Assembly: GCF_001194135.2 (NCBI RefSeq)
Contig: NC_068982.1
Span: 149,291,114 to 149,330,703, forward strand
Reading direction: 5' to 3'
Length of the DNA stretch: 39,590 nucleotides
Source of the DNA: Octopus bimaculoides
Lineage: Eukaryota
Part shown: one piece after another, positions 1 through 10,062 of the stretch
How the letters are laid out: each line of letters begins with the position of its first letter
Numbering within the stretch: position 1 is the stretch's first letter
Position numbers and translations under genes: made by a program
The notes under the pieces: model-generated
What the model was told of the DNA's origin: nothing
What the model saw: the letters and a program-made list of their open reading frames with translations, nothing else
Database searches by the model: none

Positions 1-2
1 CC

Positions 3-391
3 TTGTGTTGTTGTTGGCACTCCGTCGCTTACGACGTCGAGGGTTCCAGTTGATCCGATCAACGGAACAGCCTGCTCGTGAAATTAACGTGCAAGTGGCT
101 GAGCACTCCACAGACACGTGTACCCTTAACGTAGTTCTCGGGGATATTCAGCGTGGCACAGTGTGACAAGGCTGGCCCTTTGAATTACAGGCACAACAGT
201 AACAGGAAGTAAGAGTGAGAGAAAGTTGTGGTGAAAGAGTACAGCAGGGTTCGCCACCATCCCCTGCCGGAGCCTCGTGGAGCTTTAGGTGTTTCCGCCC
301 AATAAACACTCACAACGCCCGGTCTGGGAATCGAAACCGCAATCCTATGACCGCGAGTCTGCTGCCCTAACCACTGGGCCATTGCGCCTCT
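3..391 (-). mobile_element. tRNA-derived SINE (family A), near full length, (AAC)n tail
   Basis: Minus strand starts GAGGCGCAATGGCCCAGTGGTTAGGGCAG: A-box TGGCCCAGTGG (371-381) and B-box-like GGTTTCGATTCCC (326-338). A non-tRNA body follows and ends GTGCCAACAACAACAC. Confidence 0.85.
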
Positions 392-414
392 GCTTGTCAC
401 CTTAGTGCCTAATT

Positions 415-980
415 GTCAGGTTGAGTAAAAAGTAAGCAACATTTTAAACTGTGAAGAATTTGTACCGGATTTTTGCTGAGTTTTGAAAATTTTTTAAACA
501 TCTTTTGCAATTGTGTGATAATACAGACGTAGACTTACCCAAATACAACAATGAATTAACATCGATATTCTTTTGACCGTTGTTACAATCATCTGAAATG
601 GAACTGTCAAAGTGCAATATTCAAGCAATTTTGCTATTCAACTTCAAAAAGGACGTAAAGCAGCTGAAACCACTCATGATATCAACAAAACGTTTGTTGA
701 AGAAATGACCAGTGAGTGGTCAGCAAGAAAATGGTTTAAACGATTTCGCAGTGGAGACCTGCGCCTTGAAGATTGTGAGTGTAGAGGACACTCATCTGTC
801 ATCGATGTCAGTCAATTAAAGACCATCATTGAGAAAGATCCACGTAAAACCACTCAAGAACTGGCAAAAGAACTTCAAGTTAGCCAGAAAACAGCCTGCA
901 ACCATTTGCATGTGATCAGAAAATCAAAAAAGTTCGACAAATGGGTACCACACAATTTGAATGAAAATCAGAAATTGCAC

Positions 981-982
<2 letters not shown>
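415..982 (+). mobile_element. mariner transposon 5' part (TIR-like end plus frameshifted transposase N-terminus), 3'-truncated
   Basis: TCAGGTTGAGTAAAAAGTAAGC (416-437) resembles a mariner TIR. ATG at 598 gives MELSKCNIQAILLFNFK, then a frameshift into GRKAAETTHDINKTF...ARKWFKRFRSGDLRLED...WVPHNL (HTH region and WVPHEL-like linker). It stops at a (TA)n tract. Confidence 0.9.
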
Positions 983-1022
<40 letters not shown>

Positions 1023-1111
1023 GAGAATATACGAAAAAACAACAACAGACGAGGACAGGTGGTGTAAATAACAAAAGGATGTATTAGTATGACGCTCGGG
1101 AATACGGAAAG

Positions 1112-1148
1112 TCTTTGACGTTTCGAGCTATGCTCTTCAACAGAAAGA
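1112..1148 (-). ncRNA. minimal type I hammerhead ribozyme motif, core variant (CUGUUGA)
   Basis: Minus: UCUUU-CUGUUGA-A-GAGC AUA GCUC-GAAAC-GUC/AAAGA. Stem I 5 bp, stem II 4 bp, palindromic stem III ACGU, predicted cleavage at GUC between 1117 and 1116. A6 is replaced by U. Confidence 0.7.
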
Positions 1149-1244
1149 ATATGGAGACAAGGAGAAAAACACGGAGAAAAAAAATTGAATAGTGTCCAGT
1201 CAACGGTCAATCATAATAATGGCTGATCATATAACGTTGACCAC

Positions 1245-1246
<2 letters not shown>

Positions 1247-1301
<55 letters not shown>
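1247..1301 (+). repeat. (TAGA)n microsatellite
   Basis: Direct read. Confidence 0.95.
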
Positions 1302-1345
1302 TTACATACTTATAAATATGTATGGATAGGAGTAGGAAAAATCCA

Positions 1346-1428
1346 GGCTACATATGTTTCATAGCAATTGGAACCTCAGAGGTGGTAAAATCCAAGTGAA
1401 GTGTATACTGCCGGCTACTCTTCAGGCC
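1346..1428 (-). ncRNA. type I hammerhead ribozyme motif with intact core and large stem II insertion
   Basis: Minus: GGC-CUGAAGA-GUAGC-[48 nt]-GCUAU-GAAAC-AUAU-GUA/GCC. Palindromic stem III ACAUAUGU, predicted cleavage between 1349 and 1348. Confidence 0.75.
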
Positions 1429-2129
1429 AACAATATCTTGATTAGTTTAAAGGTTACATTATCTATCGCAAGGAGGTACATGTTGATGCAAAGAAAATTC
1501 AATCAGAATGTGTGGAGGGCACAATATGACAGGAGTATATAAATGTAGGGAGAAATAAGTATTGAAAGAAGGGAAGATAGAAGGAAAATATATATATATA
1601 TATAAGGGAGTGAGAGGAAGGAAGAATTGGGCGAAGTCAGTTGACTGGTGGTAGATAATATAGCAGTTTTGGTTGAATCACAGAATTTAGTAGTGGGATT
1701 GGTACTTGAAGAAAAGATAAATTGGAGGGGAGAGGATGAGGAAATATTTTTGGTCATTGGGGAGAAAGAAAGTGTGTATGAATAAAGCAAGGTAGGTTAA
1801 GGAATTTAAGCCTGGCTAGCTGGTTGTTGGTATTCAAAGGACTTCAATGGCTGAAAGACAGAAACTATCAGGGGAGTGATAAAACAACAAAAAAAACGTA
1901 AATGGTGGTGGTGTATGTAGGCATATGTATTTTTAAGCTTATGGTTGGAGGGAGTATGAGGGGGGAGGAGTTGTAATAAAAGAAAGACAAATATTTTAGA
2001 TAGTAAGTAAAAATATGGAGAGAACTTTGTAATTGATGATCAAGGAATTAAAAAGGGAGAAAAATATTGTTGGTTTAATACAAGGCGGTAGTGAGGGTGG
2101 ATGAGTGGGAAAGATATATATATATATAT

Positions 2130-2383
2130 CATCATCATCATCATCATCATCATCGTTTAACGTCCGCTTTCCATGCTAGCATGGGTTGGACGATTTGACT
2201 GAGGACTGGTGAAACCGGATGGCAACACCAGGCTCCAGTCTGATTTGGCAGAGTTTCTACAGCTGGATGCCCTTCCTAATGCCAACCACTCAGAGAGTGT
2301 AGTGGGTGCTTTTACGTGTCACCCGCACGAAAACGGCCACGCTCGAAATGGTGTCTTTTATGTGCCACCCGCACAAGCCAGTC
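2130..2383 (-). mobile_element. RTE-LINE-related 3' end with (GAT)n tail, young copy
   Basis: Minus GGTTGGCATTAGGAAGGGCATCCAGCTGTAGAAAC...GGACGTTAAACGATGATG. About ten homologues in the window, some joined to RTE ORF ends (17790-17930, 27060-27225). Confidence 0.85.
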
Positions 2384-3197
2384 NNNNNNNNNNNNNNNNN
2401 NNNNNNNNNNNNNNNNNNNNNNNNNNNNNNNNNNNNNNNNNNNNNNNNNNNNNNNNNNNNNNNNNNNNNNNNNNNNNNNNNNNNNNNNNNNNNNNNNNNN
2501 NNNNNNNNNNNNNNNNNNNNNNNNNNNNNNNNNNNNNNNNNNNNNNNNNNNNNNNNNNNNNNNNNNNNNNNNNNNNNNNNNNNNNNNNNNNNNNNNNNNN
2601 NNNNNNNNNNNNNNNNNNNNNNNNNNNNNNNNNNNNNNNNNNNNNNNNNNNNNNNNNNNNNNNNNNNNNNNNNNNNNNNNNNNNNNNNNNNNNNNNNNNN
2701 NNNNNNNNNNNNNNNNNNNNNNNNNNNNNNNNNNNNNNNNNNNNNNNNNNNNNNNNNNNNNNNNNNNNNNNNNNNNNNNNNNNNNNNNNNNNNNNNNNNN
2801 NNNNNNNNNNNNNNNNNNNNNNNNNNNNNNNNNNNNNNNNNNNNNNNNNNNNNNNNNNNNNNNNNNNNNNNNNNNNNNNNNNNNNNNNNNNNNNNNNNNN
2901 NNNNNNNNNNNNNNNNNNNNNNNNNNNNNNNNNNNNNNNNNNNNNNNNNNNNNNNNNNNNNNNNNNNNNNNNNNNNNNNNNNNNNNNNNNNNNNNNNNNN
3001 NNNNNNNNNNNNNNNNNNNNNNNNNNNNNNNNNNNNNNNNNNNNNNNNNNNNNNNNNNNNNNNNNNNNNNNNNNNNNNNNNNNNNNNNNNNNNNNNNNNN
3101 NNNNNNNNNNNNNNNNNNNNNNNNNNNNNNNNNNNNNNNNNNNNNNNNNNNNNNNNNNNNNNNNNNNNNNNNNNNNNNNNNNNNNNNNNNNNNNNNN
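2384..3197. other. assembly gap (others: 8945-8954, 10570-10579, 20543-21493, 26759-26768, 27583-27695, 29884-30015, 32258-32489)
   Basis: Runs of N, mostly next to microsatellites or young repeats. Confidence 1.
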
Positions 3198-3435
3198 TAT
3201 AGAGGAATATATTATTTTGTTTAAAAGAGTTCCAACACTGTCTGTTTTTTTTGTTTTATTTATATTCCTGTAGAACCAATGTGGGATATAGAATATGGAA
3301 TATACAATATATAATATAATATACAATATATAATATAAAATAAAATAAAAATGGATGGCACCATGAAATAAAGTATTGAATGTAGATGAAATATTGAGTG
3401 TTCAATATAAAGGATCAAATGTATAAATATATAAA

Positions 3436-3475
3436 GGCGACTCGAGTTTCAGGGTTATTTCCCTTCGTCATGGCC
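3436..3475 (-). ncRNA. minimal type I hammerhead ribozyme motif in PLE pseudo-LTR
   Basis: Minus: GGC-C(A)UGACGA-AGGG AAAUAA CCCU-GAAAC-UCGA-GUC/GCC. Palindromic stem III ACUCGAGU; one extra A in the core. Confidence 0.8.
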
Positions 3476-3784
3476 GGTATGACAGACTTATCTTTGAGTT
3501 AGGGGGAAACAAGAATGGCGTGGGGTTGTAATTATTTGTATTTAGAGAATAGATTTAGTGTCTGGTGTTTGCAGATGAATATTATACTGCTGTGTTCATT
3601 GAGGCAGTCCGTGGATTGCAAAATGGCCATGACTTCGGCTATGCAGAGATTACACTTGTTATATCCACTGTAAGATTTGGCATGGGTGATTATGGACCAT
3701 TTGGGAGTGTAAGGGGTTGATTCAAGCATTAGTTTACTGATAAGTTGAGGTAACGATGTACTGTTAGATTTTGGGATCTAGTTT

Positions 3785-4046
3785 TTTTTATTCACAAAAT
3801 ATCCATTTTTTAAAAGGAAATAAAAAATCTGAAAATTGGCTATAATAATGTAGCCTTTCAGTCTCATTTCTTTGAAGGTATGATCTTGTAGAGAAAAAAA
3901 TTGGAGAAAAAAGTTACAGAGGTTTAAAAATCGAAAAAACTGGGTATTTTTAGCCAATAGCAAGGCAGAAATTTTCTGTGTTTAGCGGAGCGGTGTCAAC
4001 TTTAAGGCTGTACCCTGTGAAATTTATAGTTTAGCGTCTGACCTGT
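3785..4046 (-). mobile_element. unclassified insertion inside the PLE, possibly a DNA-transposon fragment
   Basis: Interrupts PLE homology where the GIY-YIG N-terminal half is expected. Starts TA-CAGG on the minus strand; no second TIR found. Confidence 0.3.
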
Positions 4047-4711
4047 ATATGTTGGTGTCTGTCTTGGTTGATTGTGGTATATATGGGATTAGAGGTTATC
4101 AGGTAGGGGGGGTCATTTGTTAGGTTGTTTGTTACTCCAATATTTGGATGAGTATTAGCAGGGTGGGGAAGTGGGAGTTACGTTTATAATATGGGGTTTG
4201 GGAACTAGTTTTTGCTCTGGGTTTAGTTGAGAGAGGAATGTCCCGCATGGGTATGTATTCAATTATTGAGTGTTTATATCTGGCACATTGTAGGGCACAA
4301 TTGTATTCAGCATATTGATCGAAAAAATCTTGATTAGCAGATAATGAGCAGATCCAGTAGGACTTGCTTTCTACAATAGACTTTAGGAAGGAGTGGGGAG
4401 GGATTCAGGAGAAGTTCTCATAAAGGATGTTTTCTCCAGGTTTGTGGTATGGGTAGAAGGTTTGGTTTGTAAGTCCAGGGTAATGTCTAAGAAATTAGCA
4501 GTTTTGATATTGTTACAGAAAGAAATGCTGAGGCCAACATTTTTAAAGAAGCATCTCATTCTTTTTTTAGTCTGTTCAATTATCTGGTTACAAGAATTTG
4601 GATAGTGAACAGAGCATCATCTCTGTATAGACCACTGGAGATGTTGGGAAATTGTTCATGGAAACTGCTAAGTAGGTAGAGTCCAATGTGGTCAGTAGCT
4701 TGGGTGGGTCC

Positions 4712-5217
4712 AGCCTGCAAGGTCAGTTCATCTGGCCTGTTGCTGCACTGTACCTTTTGTGTAAGTACCTGCAATGAGAGTTCATTTGCTTCTGGTATGG
4801 CATCAGTGTTTGGAACAACTTATGTCTGTGAGCAAACATTTTTAATAATGAAGTATGTGAAGTCAGCACATTGAATGCGGTTGACTGATAAACATTTGAA
4901 AGCGATTCTCTTGGTTGGATGCAGCAATTTCAAAGCAAATATTGATGATATCTTAAAAGCTAAACACCATTTTCACAAATCACACTAACCTTTTTTGTTG
5001 CTTAGTTTGTGAGATTCAGATATTTGCACATTGGGTGAGATATAACTATTTGATTGCTAACGTTACCTTCTCTGATAACTTTTTGGTAAATAAATATGTT
5101 GGTTGTCTTTAGTTTTTGTGTATTCACTGCACTGTATTGAACAAAATGGTTATGCAGCCCACACTCGTCATTCTCTCAATTATCTGGCCCATTGCGAAAA
5201 AAGTATGATGACCCCTA
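4712..5217 (+). mobile_element. hAT (Charlie-like) transposon remnant with transposase C-terminal dimerisation region
   Basis: MASVFGTTYVCEQTFLIMKYVKSAH*MRLTDKHLKAIL...KHHFHKSH* matches the FGSTYxCEQxFS...RSRLTD...SH end of Charlie/GTF2IRD2-type transposases. The 3' end ...GATGACCCCT resembles a CAGGGGTC TIR. Confidence 0.8.
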
Positions 5218-5525
5218 CAGAAACATAGGCATTGAGTGTAATGAATGTGCAAACAGTGATTGATATCAGAAAGCAATAACAAAAACCATAACAAATAAAC
5301 CCATTCAAACATTGTGCCAAATTCCTCATTAGAAACACAACTCCAATTGTCTAAAAGTTTGACAACCCAAAATGAAGAATCTGCATCATAAATTTAAATA
5401 TACATCTTCACTGTAATAAAGTATTTCACTTGTTCTTCAAAAATTTTCGTTTATGCCATGAATTGTCATGGTGTAATGAAAATTGCCTTTGTAAAACAGA
5501 CTCATTATCCATAGGCAACAAATAT

Positions 5526-5741
5526 CCTTTCTACTATAGGCACAAAGCCTGACAATTTGGGAGAGGAGTTAAGTCAATTATATTGACCCGAGTGCTCAAC
5601 TGGTACTTATTTTGTTGATCCCAAATAAATGAAAGGCAAAGTTAACCTTGTCAAAGTTTGAACACTGAATGTAAAGGCAGGTGAAATGCAGATGAGCATT
5701 TTGACCGGCACACTAACAACTCTGACAGATTGCTGCCTTCG
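5526..5741 (-). mobile_element. SINE family B (tRNA-like head, GCCTTTCATCC...GTACCAG core) with TSD
   Basis: Homologous to 22465-22652, 31932-32167, 34305-34503 and 35497-35625. 14-bp TSD TAGGCAAC(A/T)AATAT at 5512-5525 and 5742-5755. Confidence 0.85.
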
Positions 5742-6718
5742 TAGGCAACTAATATGATATCAAAACAATAGACATATTCTTTTTAATGTATGTGCAACAA
5801 ATTAATCAGAAAAATTCTAGTCTTCCCACTTTACAATTGTTCTGAATAAATCAATTAAATATGGACAAATAAAGAAAACATGTTTATCAAAACATATACA
5901 CCATAACTGAATACAGCATTAACAGCGTATCAAATAGATATGTAATAGGTCTCTAACTAGAATTTGAAACTATAACTCATTGTTTTCCAGTTGAGAATTC
6001 TTTGAAAACACCAACCAGGTCTTTTAAACTGACTAATATTGTCATCACGAAACTGACCAATAGAGTTCTTTAGTAAAGACTTCAGCAGAAAGAAATTAAG
6101 CAATGGAATTGCACAGATGTTTTTAATAATATAGTGAGGGAAGTAACCAACCAGGATTATTCAACCATAATGTAAAGCTATTCAAGAACTTCCTGAATAG
6201 AAAAAGAAAAAAACACAACCAAATTAGTGTCAAGTGTATTTTGACATTCAGCTTTATTTAGCACTGTCGAATACGAAGAACTACTACACAAACATTCTAT
6301 ATTAAGCGCCCACTGAAATTTAGAGTCAGAATGATTATAGCATAAAACTCTTTATCTCACATTATTTTTGAGACATCAGGAACTTATGAAACCAGTTAAG
6401 TAAAATAAATAAATTTTCTTAAAGACTTCAAGTGCCTTTTCAATTTCTTTCCTTTATAATCCTCTCCATTTGAAAAGAAATAAACATATTCTCCTCATGC
6501 ATGCATGTGTGTGTATGTATGTGTGCATACATATGTATATGTATGTGTGAGTAATCCATATGCACACATACACATATGTCTATGAACAGATATACATAGC
6601 CTTATACCATGTGCATTTGAAAAGCTGAAAACAATGAAAGCACTTACATAAAATCTTTCTTTCATCAGGCTTGTGTTAATCTGCTTTTCTAAGAGGGAAT
6701 TTTTTTTACATTCTTTTA

Positions 6719-6917
6719 TTCTTTTACTTGTTTCAGTCATTTGACTGCAACCATGCTGGAGCATTGTCTTTAGTCGAACAAATCGTCCCCAGGACTTATT
6801 CTTTGCTAGCCTAGTACTTATATCTGTCTCTTTTGCTGAACCGCTATGTTATGGGACATAAACACATCAGCATCGGTTGACAAGCAATGTTGGGGGGACA
6901 AGCACAGACACACAAAC

Positions 6918-6961
<44 letters not shown>

Positions 6962-7120
6962 CGGTCTTATTTCAGCTTCCATCTACCAAATCCATTCACA
7001 AGGCCTTGGTTGGCCTGCGGCTATAGTAGAAGACACTTGCCCAAGATGCCATGCAGTGGGACTGGACCCAGAAGCATATGGTTGGTAAGCAAGTTACTTA
7101 CCACACACCGACTCCTGCTC
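6719..7120 (-). mobile_element. SINE family C (tRNA-like head, internal microsatellite)
   Basis: Homologous over ~400 bp to 8010-8422, 29645-30212 and 36770-37192. Internal (TA)n at 6921-6959. Confidence 0.85.
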
Positions 7121-7147
7121 GTATATATATCTATATATATCTATATA

Positions 7148-7305
7148 TATACAACAGGTTTCTTTCAGTTTCCATCTACCAACTCCACTCACAAGACTTT
7201 GGTCAGCCCGAGGCTATAGTAGAAGACACTTGCCCAAGATGCAACACAGTGGGACTGAATCCAGAACCATGTGGTTGGGAAGCAAGCTTTTTACCACATG
7301 TATGC

Positions 7306-7307
<2 letters not shown>
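7148..7307 (-). mobile_element. SINE family C, 5' half only, tandem to the previous copy
   Basis: Repeats the 6960-7110 segment (TTCAGTTTCCATCTACCAA...GAAGACACTTGCCCAAG...ATGTGGTTGG). Confidence 0.8.

Positions 7308-7309
<2 letters not shown>

Positions 7310-7400
<91 letters not shown>
7310..7400 (+). repeat. (TG)n microsatellite (similar long arrays at 9955-10060 and 16567-16643)
   Basis: Direct read. Confidence 0.95.
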
Positions 7401-7401
<1 letters not shown>

Positions 7402-8009
7402 TCGTTCAGGTGTTTTTTTCGTTGGTGATTACTGTGCATTACTTGGTTGTTTATTTTAACACTCTGCTGTCTTATGAATGTTGATTCCGTTTTTAATCAT
7501 CTATTTTTATAGGTATTCTCTCTAGAGTATAGATGTGTTGTCTTATATTTTTCTACGTAGTTATGTGCTGTCTTGTGTGGTAGTATGCACTATAATTGCT
7601 TCTTGTATTTATACACATATATATACAGCTGGCATTTCACACCATTGCTTCTTAGAGTTTCTTGCTCTTTTCGTTATTTCACGCAGAATTATTTGATGTC
7701 AACAAATGTAGAGATATGCAAGTAAGCAAAAGAAGTGCATGTTCTTCATCGTATTTTTGAGAAGTAGTTGCAAAATATTATCTCTTTCTGCAGATTTATA
7801 CCAAGCAAATACTGAAGTGTAGCATATAAAGATGCCAGTAAATAACCATACTGTTTTTGTTTTCTGTTTTCTTTCCATTCTCTTCTCCACAGGAAGACAT
7901 ATGACTTCACCAATGGGTTTATTACTGTGAGGACAGTACACAGAGCTACAAAGATGATGTCTCAATACTTTAGTTAATGTACATATATATATATATATAT
8001 TTTTCTCTA

Positions 8010-8226
8010 TTCTCTTTTACTTGTTTCAGTCATTTGACTGCGGCCATACTGGAGCACCGCCTTTAGTCGAGCAAATTGACCCCAGAAATTATTCTTTGTA
8101 AGCCTAGTACTTATTCTATCGGTCTCTTTTTGCCGAACCGCTAAGTTACGGGGACGCAAACACACCAGCATCGGTTGTCAAGCAATGGTGGGAGGAACAA
8201 ACACAGACACACAAACACACATACAT

Positions 8227-8265
<39 letters not shown>

Positions 8266-8422
8266 CACGACGGGCTTCTTTCAGTTTCCGTCTACCAAAT
8301 CCACTCACAAGGCTTTGGTTGGCCCGAGGCTATAGTAGAAGACACTTGCCCAAGGTGCCATGCAGTGGGACTGAACCCGGAACCATGTGGTTGGTAAGCA
8401 AGCTACTTACCACACAGCCACT
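8010..8422 (-). mobile_element. SINE family C, best-preserved copy
   Basis: Minus head GTGGCTGTGTGGTAAGTAGC...GGTTCAGTCCC (A- and B-box-like), then CACCTTGGGCAAGTG. Internal (CA)n(TA)n at 8205-8267. Confidence 0.9.
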
Positions 8423-8602
8423 AGATAGATAGATACATACATACATACATACATACATACATAGTCATCTCCTTGCTTTCTGTTACCACTCTATACTCAT
8501 CTAACATTGTGTTCTGTCCATACATATATTGAGTTCTACACCAGGTTATTAGTCTCACTATGCCTAAGCGAAATATTAAAATATATATATATATATAATA
8601 TA

Positions 8603-9398
8603 TCTACTACATATGTGAGAAATTCTGTCTGTGGGCGTGTTTGTGGAGTTGTTAGCTAACTCCTCCTAAATCGTTTTATCGATTTTGATGAAACTTGACA
8701 CGTGAGTACAACTCATGTCTGGAAACCTCATGACATACTCAGATTGTTGAAAAAAATCGATAATAGGGCCCCTGGATGGGATCCTTATATATATCTAATA
8801 TATTTCCTTTTTTAACAGTCAAAGGAAATAACTCATTAACCCAGATTTTAACAGCCAAGGGAAATAACCCATTCATTTTCCTATATCATTTGGTATAAAT
8901 CAAATTGAGTATGCTTATTTCTTAGTATTTGAACTGTTAGAGTTNNNNNNNNNNAATATTCTCTGGGAACGCACAAAAGCCCTTTTCAGAGTTATTTACT
9001 TTGAATTGTTATTATCTCATATCTGATTAGCCTGTTATTACGTAACATGCTTTACGATTTTAGTATACATACCTTATTAGTATTTTCTCCTATGTTCTAT
9101 ACACTCTGGAAATGTATTAAAGCCCTTTGTGGAGCTACTTTATTTGAATTCTTACTATCGGGTAACTAATTTCATGTTATTACATAACTGCCTTCACGAT
9201 TTTGGTATTCATAACTTATTGGGAATTCTTAAAAACAAGATCCTGTGTAAGACAGTTCAATATTCTCTGTAAATGCACAGAAACCGTTTTAAGGGCTACA
9301 TACTTTGTACTGTTGTAAATGGATTAGCAAAACAATTATGAGAACAGAACCAAGGGATAAACCCCACTTTCCAGGGAATTAACGGGTATGTCAGCTAG
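8603..9398 (+). mobile_element. non-autonomous Helitron-like element with internal tandem repeats
   Basis: A|TCTACTAC... start (8603) and ...GTCAGCTAG|T end (9398), both flanks (TA)n. Contains CGATTTTGATGAAACTTG, recalled from Helitron/HINE-type repeats. The 3' hairpin is not clear. Confidence 0.55.
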
Positions 9399-9943
9399 TA
9401 TATATATATATATATATATATGTATCTTTCTATCTATCCATCTATTTATCTGCTTATCTATTTATATATATAATTATAAAATCTGGTAATTAGTCATATA
9501 ATATTTACTATCGAATAATTATCAGGAGGCCAGCACATCTAATGAATCAAAGAGATTCAGAAATATTATCTGCAATCTCAGGGGATTAAGGTACATTTTA
9601 AAAAATAACGTTGACCACTAACGTGGACAGTTAATGCGCTAGAAATAGATCACATCTTGTGTCTATTAAGACCTAAATTGTTCTCAACATGAAATATAGC
9701 AGCATACCAAAAACGTGAGCGGGCAAGACATTTAAAATCACCTAAAAAAGCATTATTAAACAGGAACTAGAGAAGAGTAAAAAACAAACCTCTCTTCTTT
9801 TTTTTGTTCTGTGTGTGCCATAAGTATCGCCATCCGTTAGAGAAAAAATTTGTAGTTTGGAATCAGTAGTTCTTTGACTGTTATATCTGAATTCTCAGTA
9901 TGTTGGAGAAGCAGGCTTCTGCTAATCCCTGTATATTTATGAT

Positions 9944-10062
<119 letters not shown>

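Larger units (their letters stand above)
1023..2110 (-). mobile_element. Penelope-like element terminal fragment(s): degenerate endonuclease C-terminus plus pseudo-LTR with two hammerheads
   Basis: Minus ~1870-1795 reads DSFCLSAIEVL*IPTTS*PGLNS, like the E..I....P.LN end of GIY-YIG domains. Two HHR motifs lie downstream. 1023-1135 is homologous to 17945-18052. This may be two adjacent PLE-derived pieces. Confidence 0.65.
3300..4710 (-). mobile_element. decayed Penelope-like element (RT core, endonuclease C-terminus, pseudo-LTR)
   Basis: Minus translation: HIGLYLL...SGLYRDDAL (RT catalytic YRDD), then NFLDITLDL...FYPYHKPG across stops and frameshifts. The C-terminus reads YTPKWSIITHAKSYSGYNKCNLCIAE...CKH (ORF 3532-3729). 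An HHR lies ~60 nt past the stop. Confidence 0.85.

Noticed and set aside
320-391. tRNA gene
   Set aside because: A/B boxes are present, but there is no convincing anticodon arm or acceptor stem, and it continues into a SINE body with a simple-repeat tail.
612-1067. SETMAR-like host gene
   Set aside because: Frameshifted near the start, no catalytic domain or SET exons, and the ORF tail is translated (TA)n.
2192-2222. CTGAGGA...GAAAC hammerhead in RTE tails
   Set aside because: Only 5 nt separate the core halves (no stem II), there is no stem I, and the motif is not kept in the copy at 32560.
2209-3326. Long ORFs in the track (also 20467-21651, 29761-30246, 32213-32556)
   Set aside because: They are open only because they run through N gaps.
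5220-5350. Hydrophobic minus-strand frame resembling a GPCR helix (CLNGFICYGF...ITLNAYVS)
   Set aside because: T-rich strands give hydrophobic peptides by chance. The apparent donor is the hAT TIR, and no linked exons were found.
1231-9620. 16-bp exact match ATAACGTTGACCACTA (1231 and 9605)
   Set aside because: A few such matches are expected by chance in AT-rich DNA of this size, and the flanks do not extend.
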